NCBI GenBank assembly: GCA_040770225.1
Contig: JAXGJN010000004.1
Location: forward strand, 34,919 to 98,918
Length of the DNA: 64,000 bases
DNA from: Anaerolineaceae bacterium
GTDB taxonomy: Bacteria > Chloroflexota > Anaerolineae > Anaerolineales > Anaerolineaceae
Reading direction: 5' to 3'
The translations under genes and the position numbers were made by a program. Of the stretch, positions 19,316 through 28,870 are shown piece by piece (within the stretch, counting starts at the first letter, position 1; the number at the start of each line of letters is the position of its first letter). The notes under the pieces were generated by a model. The model saw only the letters and a list, made by a program, of their open reading frames with translations, made no database searches and had not been told where the DNA came from.

Positions 19316-20521
19316 ATGACCTCACAAGAAATCCTTACAAAACTTCACCAAAAAACAGAAGAAAACAGAACCAATATTGTCCAATTCATGCGTGACATTT
19401 GCGCGATTCCCAGTGTAGAATCCCAGATCGGTCCGGTTGGCGAGCGCATAGCCGAAGAGATGCGCAAGCTGGGCTTCGACGAAGTCCGTTTCGATAAAAT
19501 GGGCAACATTATGGGGCGTATCGGCAGCGGTCCCCGCACCATCGTCTTTGACTCTCACATCGACACTGTGGGTGTGGGCGACCCGGAAGAATGGCAGTGG
19601 GATCCTTTCGTTGGCAAAGTAGAAGATGGCGTTCTCTTTGCGCGGGGTGCCTGTGATGAAAAAGGCTCCACTCCTGGAATGGTTTATGGCATGTCCTTTG
19701 CCCGTGATCTGGGCTTACTGGATGGTTGGACTGCCTGGTATTTTGGCAATATGGAAGAATGGTGTGATGGCATCGCACCCAATACTTTCGTTGAAGTTGA
19801 CCCGGGCATCCGACCTGACTTTGTGGTCATCGGCGAACCAACCAAGATGCAGGTCTATCGTGGACACAAGGGTCGGATCGAGCTCAAGGTAACTGCCAAA
19901 GGTGTTTCGGCACATGCCGCCAGCAATCATGTCGGTATCAATGCCATCTATTTGCTCATCCCTGTGATCGCAGGTATCCGTGATTTGGAACCCAGCCTGG
20001 GGGACGACCCCTTCCTGGGTCATGGCAAGATCACTGTCTCGGATATGACTGTTAAAACTCCCAGCATCAACGCTGTGCCGGATGAAGCTGTTATCTATAT
20101 CGACCGGCGTATGACCTTCGGTGAGACCAAGGAAGATGCGATTGCTCAGGTGGAAGCCCTGATCCCTGAGGAGAGCAAACAACGCGTTAAAGTAGAAGCC
20201 CTGTTCTATGAAGAGCCTTCGTACACGGGTTTCGTTTTCCCGGTTGATAAATATTTCCCAGCTTGGGCACTGGACGAGAAACACGATTTGGTACAGGCTG
20301 GCTTGCAGGCGCGGGAATTAATTGGACTGGAACCAAAACCAGCCAGTAAATGGTCATTCAGCACCAATGGCATTTATTGGGCCGGGAAAGCCAACATCCC
20401 CTCGATCGGTTTCGGACCTGGCGACGAAGTGACCGCTCATACAGTCAACGATAGTGTAGATTTGAATGACATGGTTAAAGCCACCGAGTTTTACGCCCTC
20501 TTGCCGAGCCTGATTCCATAG
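19316..20521 (+). CDS. YgeY-family M20 metallohydrolase
   Basis: Near-collinear similarity to E. coli YgeY as I recall it (HIDTVGVG, QVYRGHKGR, IDRRMTFGET, FSTNG...GFGPG). Confidence 0.85.
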   Translation: MTSQEILTKLHQKTEENRTNIVQFMRDICAIPSVESQIGPVGERIAEEMRKLGFDEVRFDKMGNIMGRIGSGPRTIVFDSHIDTVGVGDPEEWQWDPFVGKVEDGVLFARGACDEKGSTPGMVYGMSFARDLGLLDGWTAWYFGNMEEWCDGIAPNTFVEVDPGIRPDFVVIGEPTKMQVYRGHKGRIELKVTAKGVSAHAASNHVGINAIYLLIPVIAGIRDLEPSLGDDPFLGHGKITVSDMTVKTPSINAVPDEAVIYIDRRMTFGETKEDAIAQVEALIPEESKQRVKVEALFYEEPSYTGFVFPVDKYFPAWALDEKHDLVQAGLQARELIGLEPKPASKWSFSTNGIYWAGKANIPSIGFGPGDEVTAHTVNDSVDLNDMVKATEFYALLPSLIP

Positions 20522-20544
20522 ATATCTCTGATCCATGACAAGAA

Positions 20545-20571
20545 AGCTGTCGAGTTCGACAGCTTTTTTTT
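20545..20571 (+). terminator. rho-independent terminator after ygeY-like gene
   Basis: AGCTGTCG-agtt-CGACAGCT followed by T8. Confidence 0.8.
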
Positions 20572-20675
20572 CTATAATTCATTGATTCAAACCAGACAAT
20601 GACTAACCAATATTTTTGTAGTCAAACCTTCCATTGCTGGGTATAATCAAGAAAAGTCATCTAAAGGAGAGACAA

Positions 20676-21656
20676 ATGCAAACTTTTCTACATGGCCGAG
20701 ACCTGATCGGCGATCTGGATTTTTCAAAAGAAGAAGTTGAAACCGTCCTGGAAGTTGCCTGGGACCTCAAACGCAAGCGCGCCCTCAATGAGCCGCACGC
20801 CTACCTGCGCGATAAAGTGCTGGCTATGCTCTTTTTCTTCAGCAGCACGCGCACCCGCGGCTCCTTCGAAGCTGGCATCGCCCAGCTTGGCGGTCATGGC
20901 GCTTTCATCGAGAGCAAAACTACTCAAATCTCCCACGGCGACACCGCCAAGGAAATTGGTGAGATCTACGGTCGCTATTTTGACGGTATCGCCATTCGCC
21001 ACTGCGACTGGAAAATCGGCAACGACTACCTCAACGAAGTTGCCCGTAATTGCCGTGTGCCGGTCCTCAATATGCAGTGCGATGTTTACCACCCCTTCCA
21101 GTGCCTGGCTGACCTCATGACCATCATGGAAAAGAAGGGTCGCGACCTGAAAAAGAAAAAGATTGTTGTCTCATGGGCTTATGCCGCCTCTTACCTCAAA
21201 CCGATTTCCGTGCCGCAATCGCTGGTCATTCAGATGCCCCGCTTTGGCATGGATGTGACCCTGGCATATCCCAAAGAATTCCCGCTCATGCCCGAAATCG
21301 AACAGCAGGCTGCTGACGAAGCCAAAAAATGGGGCACATCTTTTGAAATCGTCCATGATATGGACGAGGGAATGAAGGACGCCGATGTGATCTACGCCAA
21401 GAGCTGGGGTCCCTTGATGACTACCGATGACCCGGTAAAAGGCAAAGCATTACAAGATTCTTACACCGATTGGATCATGGACCAACGCCGGTTGGAGCTG
21501 GCAAAGTCAGATGCAATCTACATGCATCCCCTGCCCGCCGACCGGAATATCGAAGTCACCGATGAAGTTATCGACGGTCCCAATTCGGTGGTCTATGACG
21601 AAGCCGAAAACCGCCTGCACGCCCAAAAAGCGGTCATGGCGTTGACAATGAGTTAG
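20676..21656 (+). CDS. knotted carbamoyltransferase, YgeW/AOTCase-like (Asp/Orn carbamoyltransferase superfamily)
   Basis: STRTR, HPFQ, WAYAASYLKPISVPQS...RFGMDVTLAYP (YgeW-like), MHPLP. ATG at 20676 with AAAGGAG RBS preferred over 20634. Confidence 0.7.
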   Translation: MQTFLHGRDLIGDLDFSKEEVETVLEVAWDLKRKRALNEPHAYLRDKVLAMLFFFSSTRTRGSFEAGIAQLGGHGAFIESKTTQISHGDTAKEIGEIYGRYFDGIAIRHCDWKIGNDYLNEVARNCRVPVLNMQCDVYHPFQCLADLMTIMEKKGRDLKKKKIVVSWAYAASYLKPISVPQSLVIQMPRFGMDVTLAYPKEFPLMPEIEQQAADEAKKWGTSFEIVHDMDEGMKDADVIYAKSWGPLMTTDDPVKGKALQDSYTDWIMDQRRLELAKSDAIYMHPLPADRNIEVTDEVIDGPNSVVYDEAENRLHAQKAVMALTMS

Positions 21657-21677
21657 AATTATATCCATGCTATTCAT

Positions 21678-21711
21678 AGATAAGGCGGCACTATTGCTGC
21701 CTTATCTTTTT
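21678..21711 (+). terminator. rho-independent terminator
   Basis: 13-bp stem AGATAAGGCGGCA/TGCTGCCTTATCT then T-run. Confidence 0.75.
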
Positions 21712-21760
21712 ATAATGTACAATACTTCAGAATTCAACATACAGGGAAGTAAGAAGAGCC

Positions 21761-22195
21761 GTGAACAAGAAGTATCTTTTCTTTATCAATCTGTCCGTGG
21801 GGCTGACCCTCGCTATTCAAGCTCTCCTTCACCCAACCATGGATAGCCAAACAAAGACCAGCTTCATCATTGTTGCTGTGGTTTTCATCAACTGGGCGAT
21901 TTTCACCTGGCTGGCATATTCGGTTGCGATGAAGGAGAACAGTTTTCCCTTTGTCGCTAAACCTTCACAAAACCATCTTCAGGATTCAAGCAACCAGGAC
22001 TGGAAATCACTCCTGGATGTAACCACTATTGCCTACCAGGTGGTGATCCTGCTGGCATTGATCTTCCTCAACATTCTGCTTATGCTGCAGATTTCTGACG
22101 TTTATTACTTGGTTGGAACGATCGTGGTCGCGATTGTTCTTCCGTTGTTAGTTGCCTTGTTCGCCAACAACAGACTCAACCGTGCGAGCAGTTAA
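21761..22195 (+). CDS. hypothetical 4-TM membrane protein
   Basis: 144 aa hydrophobic ORF, GTG start, no recognisable family. Confidence 0.4.
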   Translation: MNKKYLFFINLSVGLTLAIQALLHPTMDSQTKTSFIIVAVVFINWAIFTWLAYSVAMKENSFPFVAKPSQNHLQDSSNQDWKSLLDVTTIAYQVVILLALIFLNILLMLQISDVYYLVGTIVVAIVLPLLVALFANNRLNRASS

Positions 22196-22232
22196 TTTAT
22201 TTCTACTGCTTATACAATCTGCAACAAATCGC

Positions 22233-22261
22233 TTGACACAATTACTACCTGAAGGTATTAT
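22233..22261 (+). promoter_or_regulatory. sigma70-type promoter for the metQNI leader
   Basis: TTGACA (22233-22238), 17-nt spacer, TATTAT (22256-22261). Confidence 0.6.
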
Positions 22262-22267
22262 CCAGCC

Positions 22268-22445
22268 CATGCTTACAAACCAGCTTGTTTCGATTCAATC
22301 CATGGTCATGCCCCGGCGGTGGCACGTTATGTGCGCCGGGAGTCAAGCCACCTCCTGACACACAAGCGGTCACCGCTCTTCCTGTAACGAAGGTCCGGTG
22401 ACAAAAACACAAACACAAGCCACCGGATCCCGGTGGCTTTTTTTC
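22268..22445 (+). promoter_or_regulatory. structured leader / putative riboswitch with terminator-antiterminator platform upstream of metQ
   Basis: CCCGGCG/CGCCGGG helix. Loop CGGTGGC is complementary to two GCCACC copies. GGTCACCG/CGGTGAC helix competes with the terminator 5' arm. Confidence 0.45.
22419..22445 (+). terminator. leader terminator
   Basis: GCCACCGG-atc-CCGGTGGC followed by T7, 29 nt before metQ ATG. Confidence 0.8.
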
Positions 22446-22473
22446 AATTGGAACAAAAATTTATGGAGAAGAA

Positions 22474-23313
22474 ATGAAAACCTCTTTATCAAGTAAGCTA
22501 TTCAATATCCTCGCTATCAGCCTGATTCTTGTTTTGGTGATTACCGCCTGCACCTCCACTCAAACGCCCGCAGAAAACACGTCTTTAAAAGTGAAAATTG
22601 GCGCATCGCCGGTACCGCATTCCGAGATTTTAGCTTATGTCCGGGACAACCTGGCTGCCGAGGCTGGGTTGGAAATTGAAATCGTCGAATTTACGGACTA
22701 TGTCCAGCCGAACCTGGCACTCAATGATGGACAACTGGATGCCAACTTCTTCCAGCACTTGCCTTATTTGGAAGACTTTAATGCTGAAAGGGGGACCGAT
22801 CTGGTTTCGGTTGCCGGTATTCACATTGAGCCTTTGGGAATCTACTCCAAAACTCTCACCAATCTGGACGACGTACCTGATGGTGCGGTGGTGACCATCC
22901 CCAACGATGCCACCAACGGCGGGCGGGCACTCAATTTGCTGGCTGCCAATGCGCTCATCTCGCTCAAGGCAGATGCTGGTTTTTCAGCAACAGTAGCCGA
23001 TATCATCGATAACCCAAAAAACCTGAAAATCACAGAATTGGAAGCCGCCCAATTAGTACGCGCTCTGGATGACGCTGCCTTGGCAGTGATCAATGGCAAC
23101 TATGCCCTGGAAGGTGGTCTGGTACCCTCAAAAGACGCTTTAGCCCTGGAATCGGGTGAAAATAATCCCTATGTCAACATTCTTGCAGTCAAAAAGGGCA
23201 ATGAGAATAATGAAGCCATTCAAAAATTGGTGGAATTGCTTACTTCTCCTGAAGTCAAAGCCTTCATCGAAGAAAAGTACACTGGTTCAGTATTGCCAGC
23301 CTTTGGCAACTAA
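22474..23313 (+). CDS. metQ: methionine ABC transporter substrate-binding lipoprotein (MetQ/NlpA)
   Basis: Lipobox ITAC; NlpA-family motifs; followed by metN, metI. Confidence 0.9.
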   Translation: MKTSLSSKLFNILAISLILVLVITACTSTQTPAENTSLKVKIGASPVPHSEILAYVRDNLAAEAGLEIEIVEFTDYVQPNLALNDGQLDANFFQHLPYLEDFNAERGTDLVSVAGIHIEPLGIYSKTLTNLDDVPDGAVVTIPNDATNGGRALNLLAANALISLKADAGFSATVADIIDNPKNLKITELEAAQLVRALDDAALAVINGNYALEGGLVPSKDALALESGENNPYVNILAVKKGNENNEAIQKLVELLTSPEVKAFIEEKYTGSVLPAFGN

Positions 23314-23360
23314 GAAATTTTCAGGGATGGGCTGTATTCAGTCCATCCCTGGTAGTTACT

Positions 23361-24341
23361 ATGATCAAACTTGAGAAGGTTTCGAAAAGCTTTAATGACG
23401 GCAAGGCGGCTGTGCATGCCCTGCATGCTGTATCGCTCGAGGTCGGCGCTGGTCAGATCTACGGCGTTGTTGGCACCAGCGGAGCCGGCAAAAGTACGTT
23501 GATCCGCTGCGTTAACCGTCTTGAAGTCCCGGAGAGTGGTCGCATCTGGGTCGATGGTGAGGAGATCACTGCGCTTGATCCTGCCGCCCTCCGGAAAGCC
23601 CGTCAGGGTATGGGCATGATTTTCCAACAGTTCAACCTGCTTTCGCAGCGTACAAGTGCTGAAAACATTGCATACCCTCTGGAAATTGCGGGGGTTCCAA
23701 AGACAGAACGGGATGGAAGGGTAAAAGAATTGCTCAACCTGGTCGGATTAGAGAACAAAGCGGATGCCTACCCTGCCCAACTCTCAGGCGGGCAGAAACA
23801 GCGGGTTGGGATCGCGCGTGCCCTCGCCAACCATCCCAAAGTCTTGCTTTCTGATGAAGCTACCTCTGCCCTGGACCCCACCACCACTGATTCAATTTTA
23901 GAATTGCTTGTGGATCTTAATCAAAAACTGGGATTGACCATCCTGCTCATCACACACCAAATGGAAGTAGTTAAAAAAGTGTGTGATCACGTTGCCATCC
24001 TGGAAAACGGTTATCTCCTGGAGTCTGGGGCGATCTTCGACCTGATCGCTGACCCTAGCAGTCGCCTCTCGAAAGCTTTTTTCCCACCGATACAGGAAGT
24101 GCTCCTTGATCCTTCAGCAATCCAGGCTGCCATCACATTCCTGGGTGATGCTGCTGATGAACCCATATTGGCAAGTATGATGCGAAAGTTTGATGTGGAT
24201 GTCAATTTTCTGGGTGGCAACATTCAGCAGATCGGCAAACGCCGGGTTGGGCAACTACAGGTGGAACTGAAAGGCGATCAGGTTCCCGAAGCGTTGACCT
24301 ACCTGCAGCAGAGAGGGCTGCGCGTGGAGGTGAGAAAATGA
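23361..24341 (+). CDS. metN: methionine ABC transporter ATP-binding protein
   Basis: Walker A GTSGAGKST, LSGGQKQR, C-terminal NIL domain. Confidence 0.95.
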   Translation: MIKLEKVSKSFNDGKAAVHALHAVSLEVGAGQIYGVVGTSGAGKSTLIRCVNRLEVPESGRIWVDGEEITALDPAALRKARQGMGMIFQQFNLLSQRTSAENIAYPLEIAGVPKTERDGRVKELLNLVGLENKADAYPAQLSGGQKQRVGIARALANHPKVLLSDEATSALDPTTTDSILELLVDLNQKLGLTILLITHQMEVVKKVCDHVAILENGYLLESGAIFDLIADPSSRLSKAFFPPIQEVLLDPSAIQAAITFLGDAADEPILASMMRKFDVDVNFLGGNIQQIGKRRVGQLQVELKGDQVPEALTYLQQRGLRVEVRK

Positions 24342-24994
24342 ATATCGGTGAATGGTTACCCAGGCTTTGGCAAGCCAGTTTGACTACGGTCTATATGGTG
24401 GGTGTTTCTACATTATTCACAGTCGTCTTTGGACTTCCTTTAGGGGTTTTGCTGATGATCACCGGAGAAAATGGTCTTAAATCTCAGCCAATTCTAAACA
24501 AGACGGTAGGCTTTGTTGTCAACCTTGCCCGCTCTCTTCCTTTTATCATCCTCCTTGTCGTGTTGATTCCGTTTACGCGCGCACTTGTTGGAACCAGCAT
24601 CGGTCCAACGGCGACCATCGTTCCGTTAACGCTGGCTGCCGTGCCTTTCTTTGCCAGGGTGGTCGAAAGCTCCCTGCGTGAAGTCCCGCGCGGTCTGATC
24701 GAAGCCGCCCAGTCCATGGGCAGCAGTGATTGGCAGACGGTGAGAAAAGTGCTCATCCCCGAATCACTGCCCGGTTTGATTTTGGGTGTTGCCCTGACCC
24801 TCATCAGCCTGGTGGGTTACTCTGCCATGGCGGGGGCAGTTGGTGGAGGTGGTTTGGGAGATCTGGCAATTCGGTACGGATATCAGCGTTATGAGACTGA
24901 AGTGATGATCGTGACCGTAGTTTTACTGTTGATACTTGTGCAAGGCGTACAGTTGCTGGGCGATCGACTGGCAGCAAAGGTGAGCAAGAAATAG
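24338..24994 (+). CDS. metI: methionine ABC transporter permease
   Basis: 218 aa, EAA-loop EAAQSMGSS; 4-nt overlap with metN. Confidence 0.9.
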   Translation: MNIGEWLPRLWQASLTTVYMVGVSTLFTVVFGLPLGVLLMITGENGLKSQPILNKTVGFVVNLARSLPFIILLVVLIPFTRALVGTSIGPTATIVPLTLAAVPFFARVVESSLREVPRGLIEAAQSMGSSDWQTVRKVLIPESLPGLILGVALTLISLVGYSAMAGAVGGGGLGDLAIRYGYQRYETEVMIVTVVLLLILVQGVQLLGDRLAAKVSKK

Positions 24995-25008
24995 GATTGT
25001 CAAAACAT

Positions 25009-25073
25009 GTAGGTCGGAATGAGCCCACCAAAAAGTATTGGCATCTCGTAATCTTTCGCGGGCTCACTCCGAC
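25009..25073. repeat. REPIN-like doublet (arms GTAGGTCGGAATGAGCCC / GGGCTCACTCCGAC)
   Basis: Inverted arms read directly; left arm matches the 59492 family in 14 of its first 15 nt. Confidence 0.65.
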
Positions 25074-25227
25074 ATTTTCAGTTCCATCGGCAATCGGGTC
25101 TTGATTGTGCCAGTCTCCTGACTGCGAAGCCTCCTGTAAGGACCGAACACACGGTTTCAACAAAGGTGTCCTAATTTCTGCGCTCGGTGGTGACGCCGGT
25201 ACGATCAAAACATTTCGTATGAACAAA

Positions 25228-25254
25228 GAAAGGCACTATCAACTAGTGCCTTTC
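25228..25254. terminator. bidirectional hairpin terminator downstream of DUF1667 gene
   Basis: GAAAGGCACTA-tcaac-TAGTGCCTTTC, with TTTGTT on the minus strand. Confidence 0.65.
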
Positions 25255-25274
25255 TTCAAAAACAAATTAAAAAA

Positions 25275-25643
25275 CTAATTTTTCGCCGGCATATCCCGGC
25301 TGGCGATCACGTCCACGCCCGTCCCGATCACATTGGCTATGATCACATCCTCAGCTTTGACCGGAGCTGTCACCTCGACGGCACGGATCTTCTCAAGTAC
25401 TTCCATGATCTTACGCTTCGGAATTGAACCTTTGGTATACACAGGCAATAAGGGATGAAGCCCATTGGGCACCTTGACCGTGCTTGCCAGCATGCGCTGG
25501 GGGGCAATGGCTTCCTGGCGTCCATAAGTATCCCCTTTACGGCAGCGGTGTCCCAACACCTTGACTACCTCGTCACCTTCCATCCGGACGATCAGTTTAC
25601 AGCCCATTGGGCAAGCGGTGCAGATAAAGTTTCTTTCTTCCAT
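25275..25643 (-). CDS. DUF1667 domain protein
   Basis: FICTACPMGCKL...GHRCRKG Cys motifs; usual third gene of this G3P-dehydrogenase-type operon. Confidence 0.75.
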   Translation of the reverse strand: MEERNFICTACPMGCKLIVRMEGDEVVKVLGHRCRKGDTYGRQEAIAPQRMLASTVKVPNGLHPLLPVYTKGSIPKRKIMEVLEKIRAVEVTAPVKAEDVIIANVIGTGVDVIASRDMPAKN

Positions 25644-25644
25644 C

Positions 25645-26931
25645 TTATGCCTCCGATTTGGGATAAATATCGACAGTCAGTTTGCCAGCCTTTTCGACCT
25701 CAGCTGCCATGTTGGGCTTAAGCACGATCGTGACCATCTCACCCGGGCGTACATATCGTTCTGAACGCCGAACAATGCTGTTTGTTTCACCGTGTACTTC
25801 CATCCAGACATCCTCTTCAATCGGTCTGGTTACGCGCATTTGCAGACTGATATCGCCTTTTTCCAGTGCCTTTTTATCCAGCTTGTGTGGAACAATATAG
25901 CGTACGTTCTTACCAGGAACCAGAGGGATGTATCGGGCAGCCCGGGCTTTCTCAGCCAGGGCAAATTCTGCGGCGCTGTGACCAGCTTCGACCCCTGCCA
26001 TCGATACATAGTCAACCAGGTCATAGACATGCACAACGTTGCCAGCAGCAAAAATACCGGGTACGTTGGTCTGGAAGTGTTCATCCACGAATGGACCACC
26101 TGTAACAGGGTCGAGCGCCACACCGGCTTTCTTGGAAAGCTCATTTTCAGGAATCAAACCGACCGACAGCAGCAAGGTGTCACAGGGGATGATTTCCTCT
26201 GTACCAGGAATAAAGTTCCATTTTTCATCCACTGCTACAGACTCAATTGCTTCCACCCGATTCTTACCAATGATCTTTTTGATCGTATGGTTTAGCTGCA
26301 GAGGGATGCCCCAGTCTTCCAAACACTGGACATAGTTTCGGCTCAGCCCTGACAGGTAATTTTGAATTTCAAGCACACGCTCCACATGCGCACCCTCAAA
26401 GGTCAGTCGGCGTGCCATGATCATACCAATATCACCAGAGCCAAGTATGACAAACTTGTTTCCGGGCATATAGCCTTCCACGTTCACCCAACGCTGGGCG
26501 GTGCCGGCTGTAAAAATTCCATTAGGTCGGTAGCCTGGCAATCGCACCTGGGCGCGGGTGCGTTCACGGCATCCCATTGCCAGCACGATAGCATGGGCAT
26601 CAACCTCGAGATAACCAAAATCACGACTCGAGAGATAGAGTCTGCGCTGGGAGGTCACATCCATAACCATAGTATCCATCAGGAAAGTAATTCCTAAGGT
26701 TTTAGCTTCATTGATATAGCGCTGTGCATACTCAGGACCCGGTAAATCCTCTTTGAAGGTCTGCAGACCAAATCCGTTGTGAATGCATTGCAGCAGGATA
26801 CCGCCCAGTTCAACGTCGCGTTCGATGACCAAAACGTCATCTGCTCCGCCTTTTTTGGCTTCAATGGCGGCTGCCAGTCCACCAGGACCAGAACCAATGA
26901 CAACAACGTCGTATTGTTTCTTAATTAACAT
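25645..26931 (-). CDS. NAD(P)/FAD-dependent pyridine-nucleotide-disulfide-type oxidoreductase
   Basis: YDVVVIGSGPGGLAAA and FVILGSGDIG dinucleotide folds. Start moved to MLIKKQYDVV (26931). Confidence 0.8.
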   Translation of the reverse strand: MLIKKQYDVVVIGSGPGGLAAAIEAKKGGADDVLVIERDVELGGILLQCIHNGFGLQTFKEDLPGPEYAQRYINEAKTLGITFLMDTMVMDVTSQRRLYLSSRDFGYLEVDAHAIVLAMGCRERTRAQVRLPGYRPNGIFTAGTAQRWVNVEGYMPGNKFVILGSGDIGMIMARRLTFEGAHVERVLEIQNYLSGLSRNYVQCLEDWGIPLQLNHTIKKIIGKNRVEAIESVAVDEKWNFIPGTEEIIPCDTLLLSVGLIPENELSKKAGVALDPVTGGPFVDEHFQTNVPGIFAAGNVVHVYDLVDYVSMAGVEAGHSAAEFALAEKARAARYIPLVPGKNVRYIVPHKLDKKALEKGDISLQMRVTRPIEEDVWMEVHGETNSIVRRSERYVRPGEMVTIVLKPNMAAEVEKAGKLTVDIYPKSEA

Positions 26932-28429
26932 TGGCGACCTCCGTATCTTTGGTAGTCCGATAAAGGTATTCGGATCCATTGCCGCGCTTGCTGATCTCAA
27001 AAGGAGAAACACCGAGTTCTCGTGCCAGGATGGCGACTACACGGGTCATGTCAAACCCTCCCTGGCATCTGCCAGTGCCCAACCAGGTGCGCCGTTTTAT
27101 GGCGTCATAGGTATGAGCAGGAATAGGTGCGTGAATTTCGGCAACGATCTCACCTTCAGTCACATTCTCACAGCGGCAAATCACACGACCATAACGCGGA
27201 TCTACATCACAAAGCAACCTGCGCTCCTGGTGGGTCATATGCGCAAAGCGCGGGCGGGCGGGGCGGATTGGGTCCCAATCTTTCTTTGCGATAAATTCCT
27301 CCCCAGCGTCCTTCATCAAGTCCACCACCATCTCTGCGATGGCTGGTGCTGAGGTCAAACCCGGCGACTCGATGCCGCCAAGGTTCACAAAGCCCTGTAC
27401 ACTGCTTGGAACTTCAATCACATAGTCGTTGTTGTAATTGATCCCTGGGGTGTAGCAAGGTCCATTACCCATTGGCCGCAACCCGACAAAGTTGGCAATG
27501 GAATGGCGCAAATTTAGGCTTGGGATTAACTTTTTCGCTCCATCGAGCAGTTCATCCATGCCTTCTTTTGTCAAAGAAGTATCTTCCTTGTCGTCGATCA
27601 CGTTGGCATTCGGACCAACGATGGTATTCTCGTGCAAAGTTCCGGTAACCAGAATACCTTTTCCACGACTGGATGGCACAGGGAAAAGGACATTATGGAT
27701 TTGCACTTCATTACGGTCGAAGATGAAATATTCACCTTTACGAGCTTTAATGAAAAATTCAGGACGCACGCCCGCTTTGTGCATAACCGCATCAGAGTAG
27801 ATCCCCGCTGAGTTGATGACCCAACGCGCAAAGAAGTCACCCCGATTGGTCTTGACACCAATGACCCGGCTGCCTTCCCAAATGAAATCTTCAAACTTGG
27901 TGTTCAGAAGAACCGTCGCACCGTTCATTACTGCACTTTCCGCAGCAGCAACGGTGACCTGAAAGGGGTCGCAAATACCTCCGGTTGTAGCCCATAAGGC
28001 ACCGCTGACATCAGGGTTGATATCCCGTTCCCTGGAGCGCATTTCTGCGCCATCAAGCATGAGCATTCCCGGAACGCCATTCTTGATGCCCTGCTGCATC
28101 AACTTGTCCACCAGTGGAAGTTCCTCTTCTCCCACCGCCACGACATAATCGCCCCGGCGTTCAAAGGGGAAGTTGAGCTCTCCAGCCAGTTGATCCCACA
28201 TCGGGTTAGCTCGTACGTTCATCAAGGCTTTCAGTGATCCGGGAAGAGGGTCGTAACCTGCATGGACAATTGCTGTATTAGCCGAAGAGCATCCCATACC
28301 GATATCTGCTTCTTTTTCTATCAGCAGGAGCCTGCCTTCGTAACGGGAAAGCCACCGGGCAATCATCGCACCGACTACGCCTCCCCCTATCACGATGTAA
28401 TCGAATTTTTCTTGCACACTTGCCTCCAT
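26921..28429 (-). CDS. FAD-dependent glycerol-3-phosphate dehydrogenase/oxidase-like enzyme with BFD-like [2Fe-2S] domain
   Basis: FDYIVIGGGVVGAMIA; C-terminal CRCENVTEGEI...GTGRCQGGFD. Confidence 0.8.
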   Translation of the reverse strand: MEASVQEKFDYIVIGGGVVGAMIARWLSRYEGRLLLIEKEADIGMGCSSANTAIVHAGYDPLPGSLKALMNVRANPMWDQLAGELNFPFERRGDYVVAVGEEELPLVDKLMQQGIKNGVPGMLMLDGAEMRSRERDINPDVSGALWATTGGICDPFQVTVAAAESAVMNGATVLLNTKFEDFIWEGSRVIGVKTNRGDFFARWVINSAGIYSDAVMHKAGVRPEFFIKARKGEYFIFDRNEVQIHNVLFPVPSSRGKGILVTGTLHENTIVGPNANVIDDKEDTSLTKEGMDELLDGAKKLIPSLNLRHSIANFVGLRPMGNGPCYTPGINYNNDYVIEVPSSVQGFVNLGGIESPGLTSAPAIAEMVVDLMKDAGEEFIAKKDWDPIRPARPRFAHMTHQERRLLCDVDPRYGRVICRCENVTEGEIVAEIHAPIPAHTYDAIKRRTWLGTGRCQGGFDMTRVVAILARELGVSPFEISKRGNGSEYLYRTTKDTEVANVN

Positions 28430-28838
28430 CTCTTAAATTTCGATTTGACCAAAATTTAAAATACCTCTGGGGTATTTGTTTCCAGGACCAACAGATGGTT
28501 GCCAAATATATTGATCCCCAAATGCTTGTTTTTGACGTTCGGTTATTCAAACAAGACAGCCATCATTTTGTACAAGTTCTGCAGTTTTTGTTTCTGAAGT
28601 ATTATACTACTTAGCAAATATAACCGGTTTTTGAAAAAGTGGTTGTCTTTTTACAAAACAGATTTAGAATTATTTGTAGAGACAGTTCAATTATGTTATA
28701 GTTATTCTTAGGTAATATCGGCATCACTAATAAGTGATTATGATAGCAAATTTTGGCAAATCTTTTAGGTTCTAGGGAGAAAAAGGAGACTAAATTGAGT
28801 AGCCCACTAACGCATGTGTACATCAAAGAAGGTTGTTC

Positions 28839-28870
28839 AAAACGACCCGTGTGTGCAGGTGCGTTTTTTT
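28839..28870 (+). terminator. terminator-like hairpin inside the glpF leader
   Basis: AAAACGACC...GGTgCGTTTT then T-run; 140 nt upstream of glpF. Confidence 0.35.

Noticed and set aside
19715-20284. 189-aa minus-strand ORF
   Set aside because: It is antisense to the YgeY-family gene.
22268-22445. Classic SAM-I riboswitch
   Set aside because: The core SAM-I motifs (GAGGGA, GCAACC, GGUGCUAA-type) are absent. I kept it only as a leader of unresolved class.
24804-25226. 140-aa minus-strand ORF after metI
   Set aside because: It runs through a REPIN palindrome and a terminator hairpin and overlaps the metI 3' end. No coding signal.
26783-27352. 189-aa plus-strand ORF
   Set aside because: It is antisense across the junction of two FAD-oxidoreductase genes with clear dinucleotide-binding motifs.
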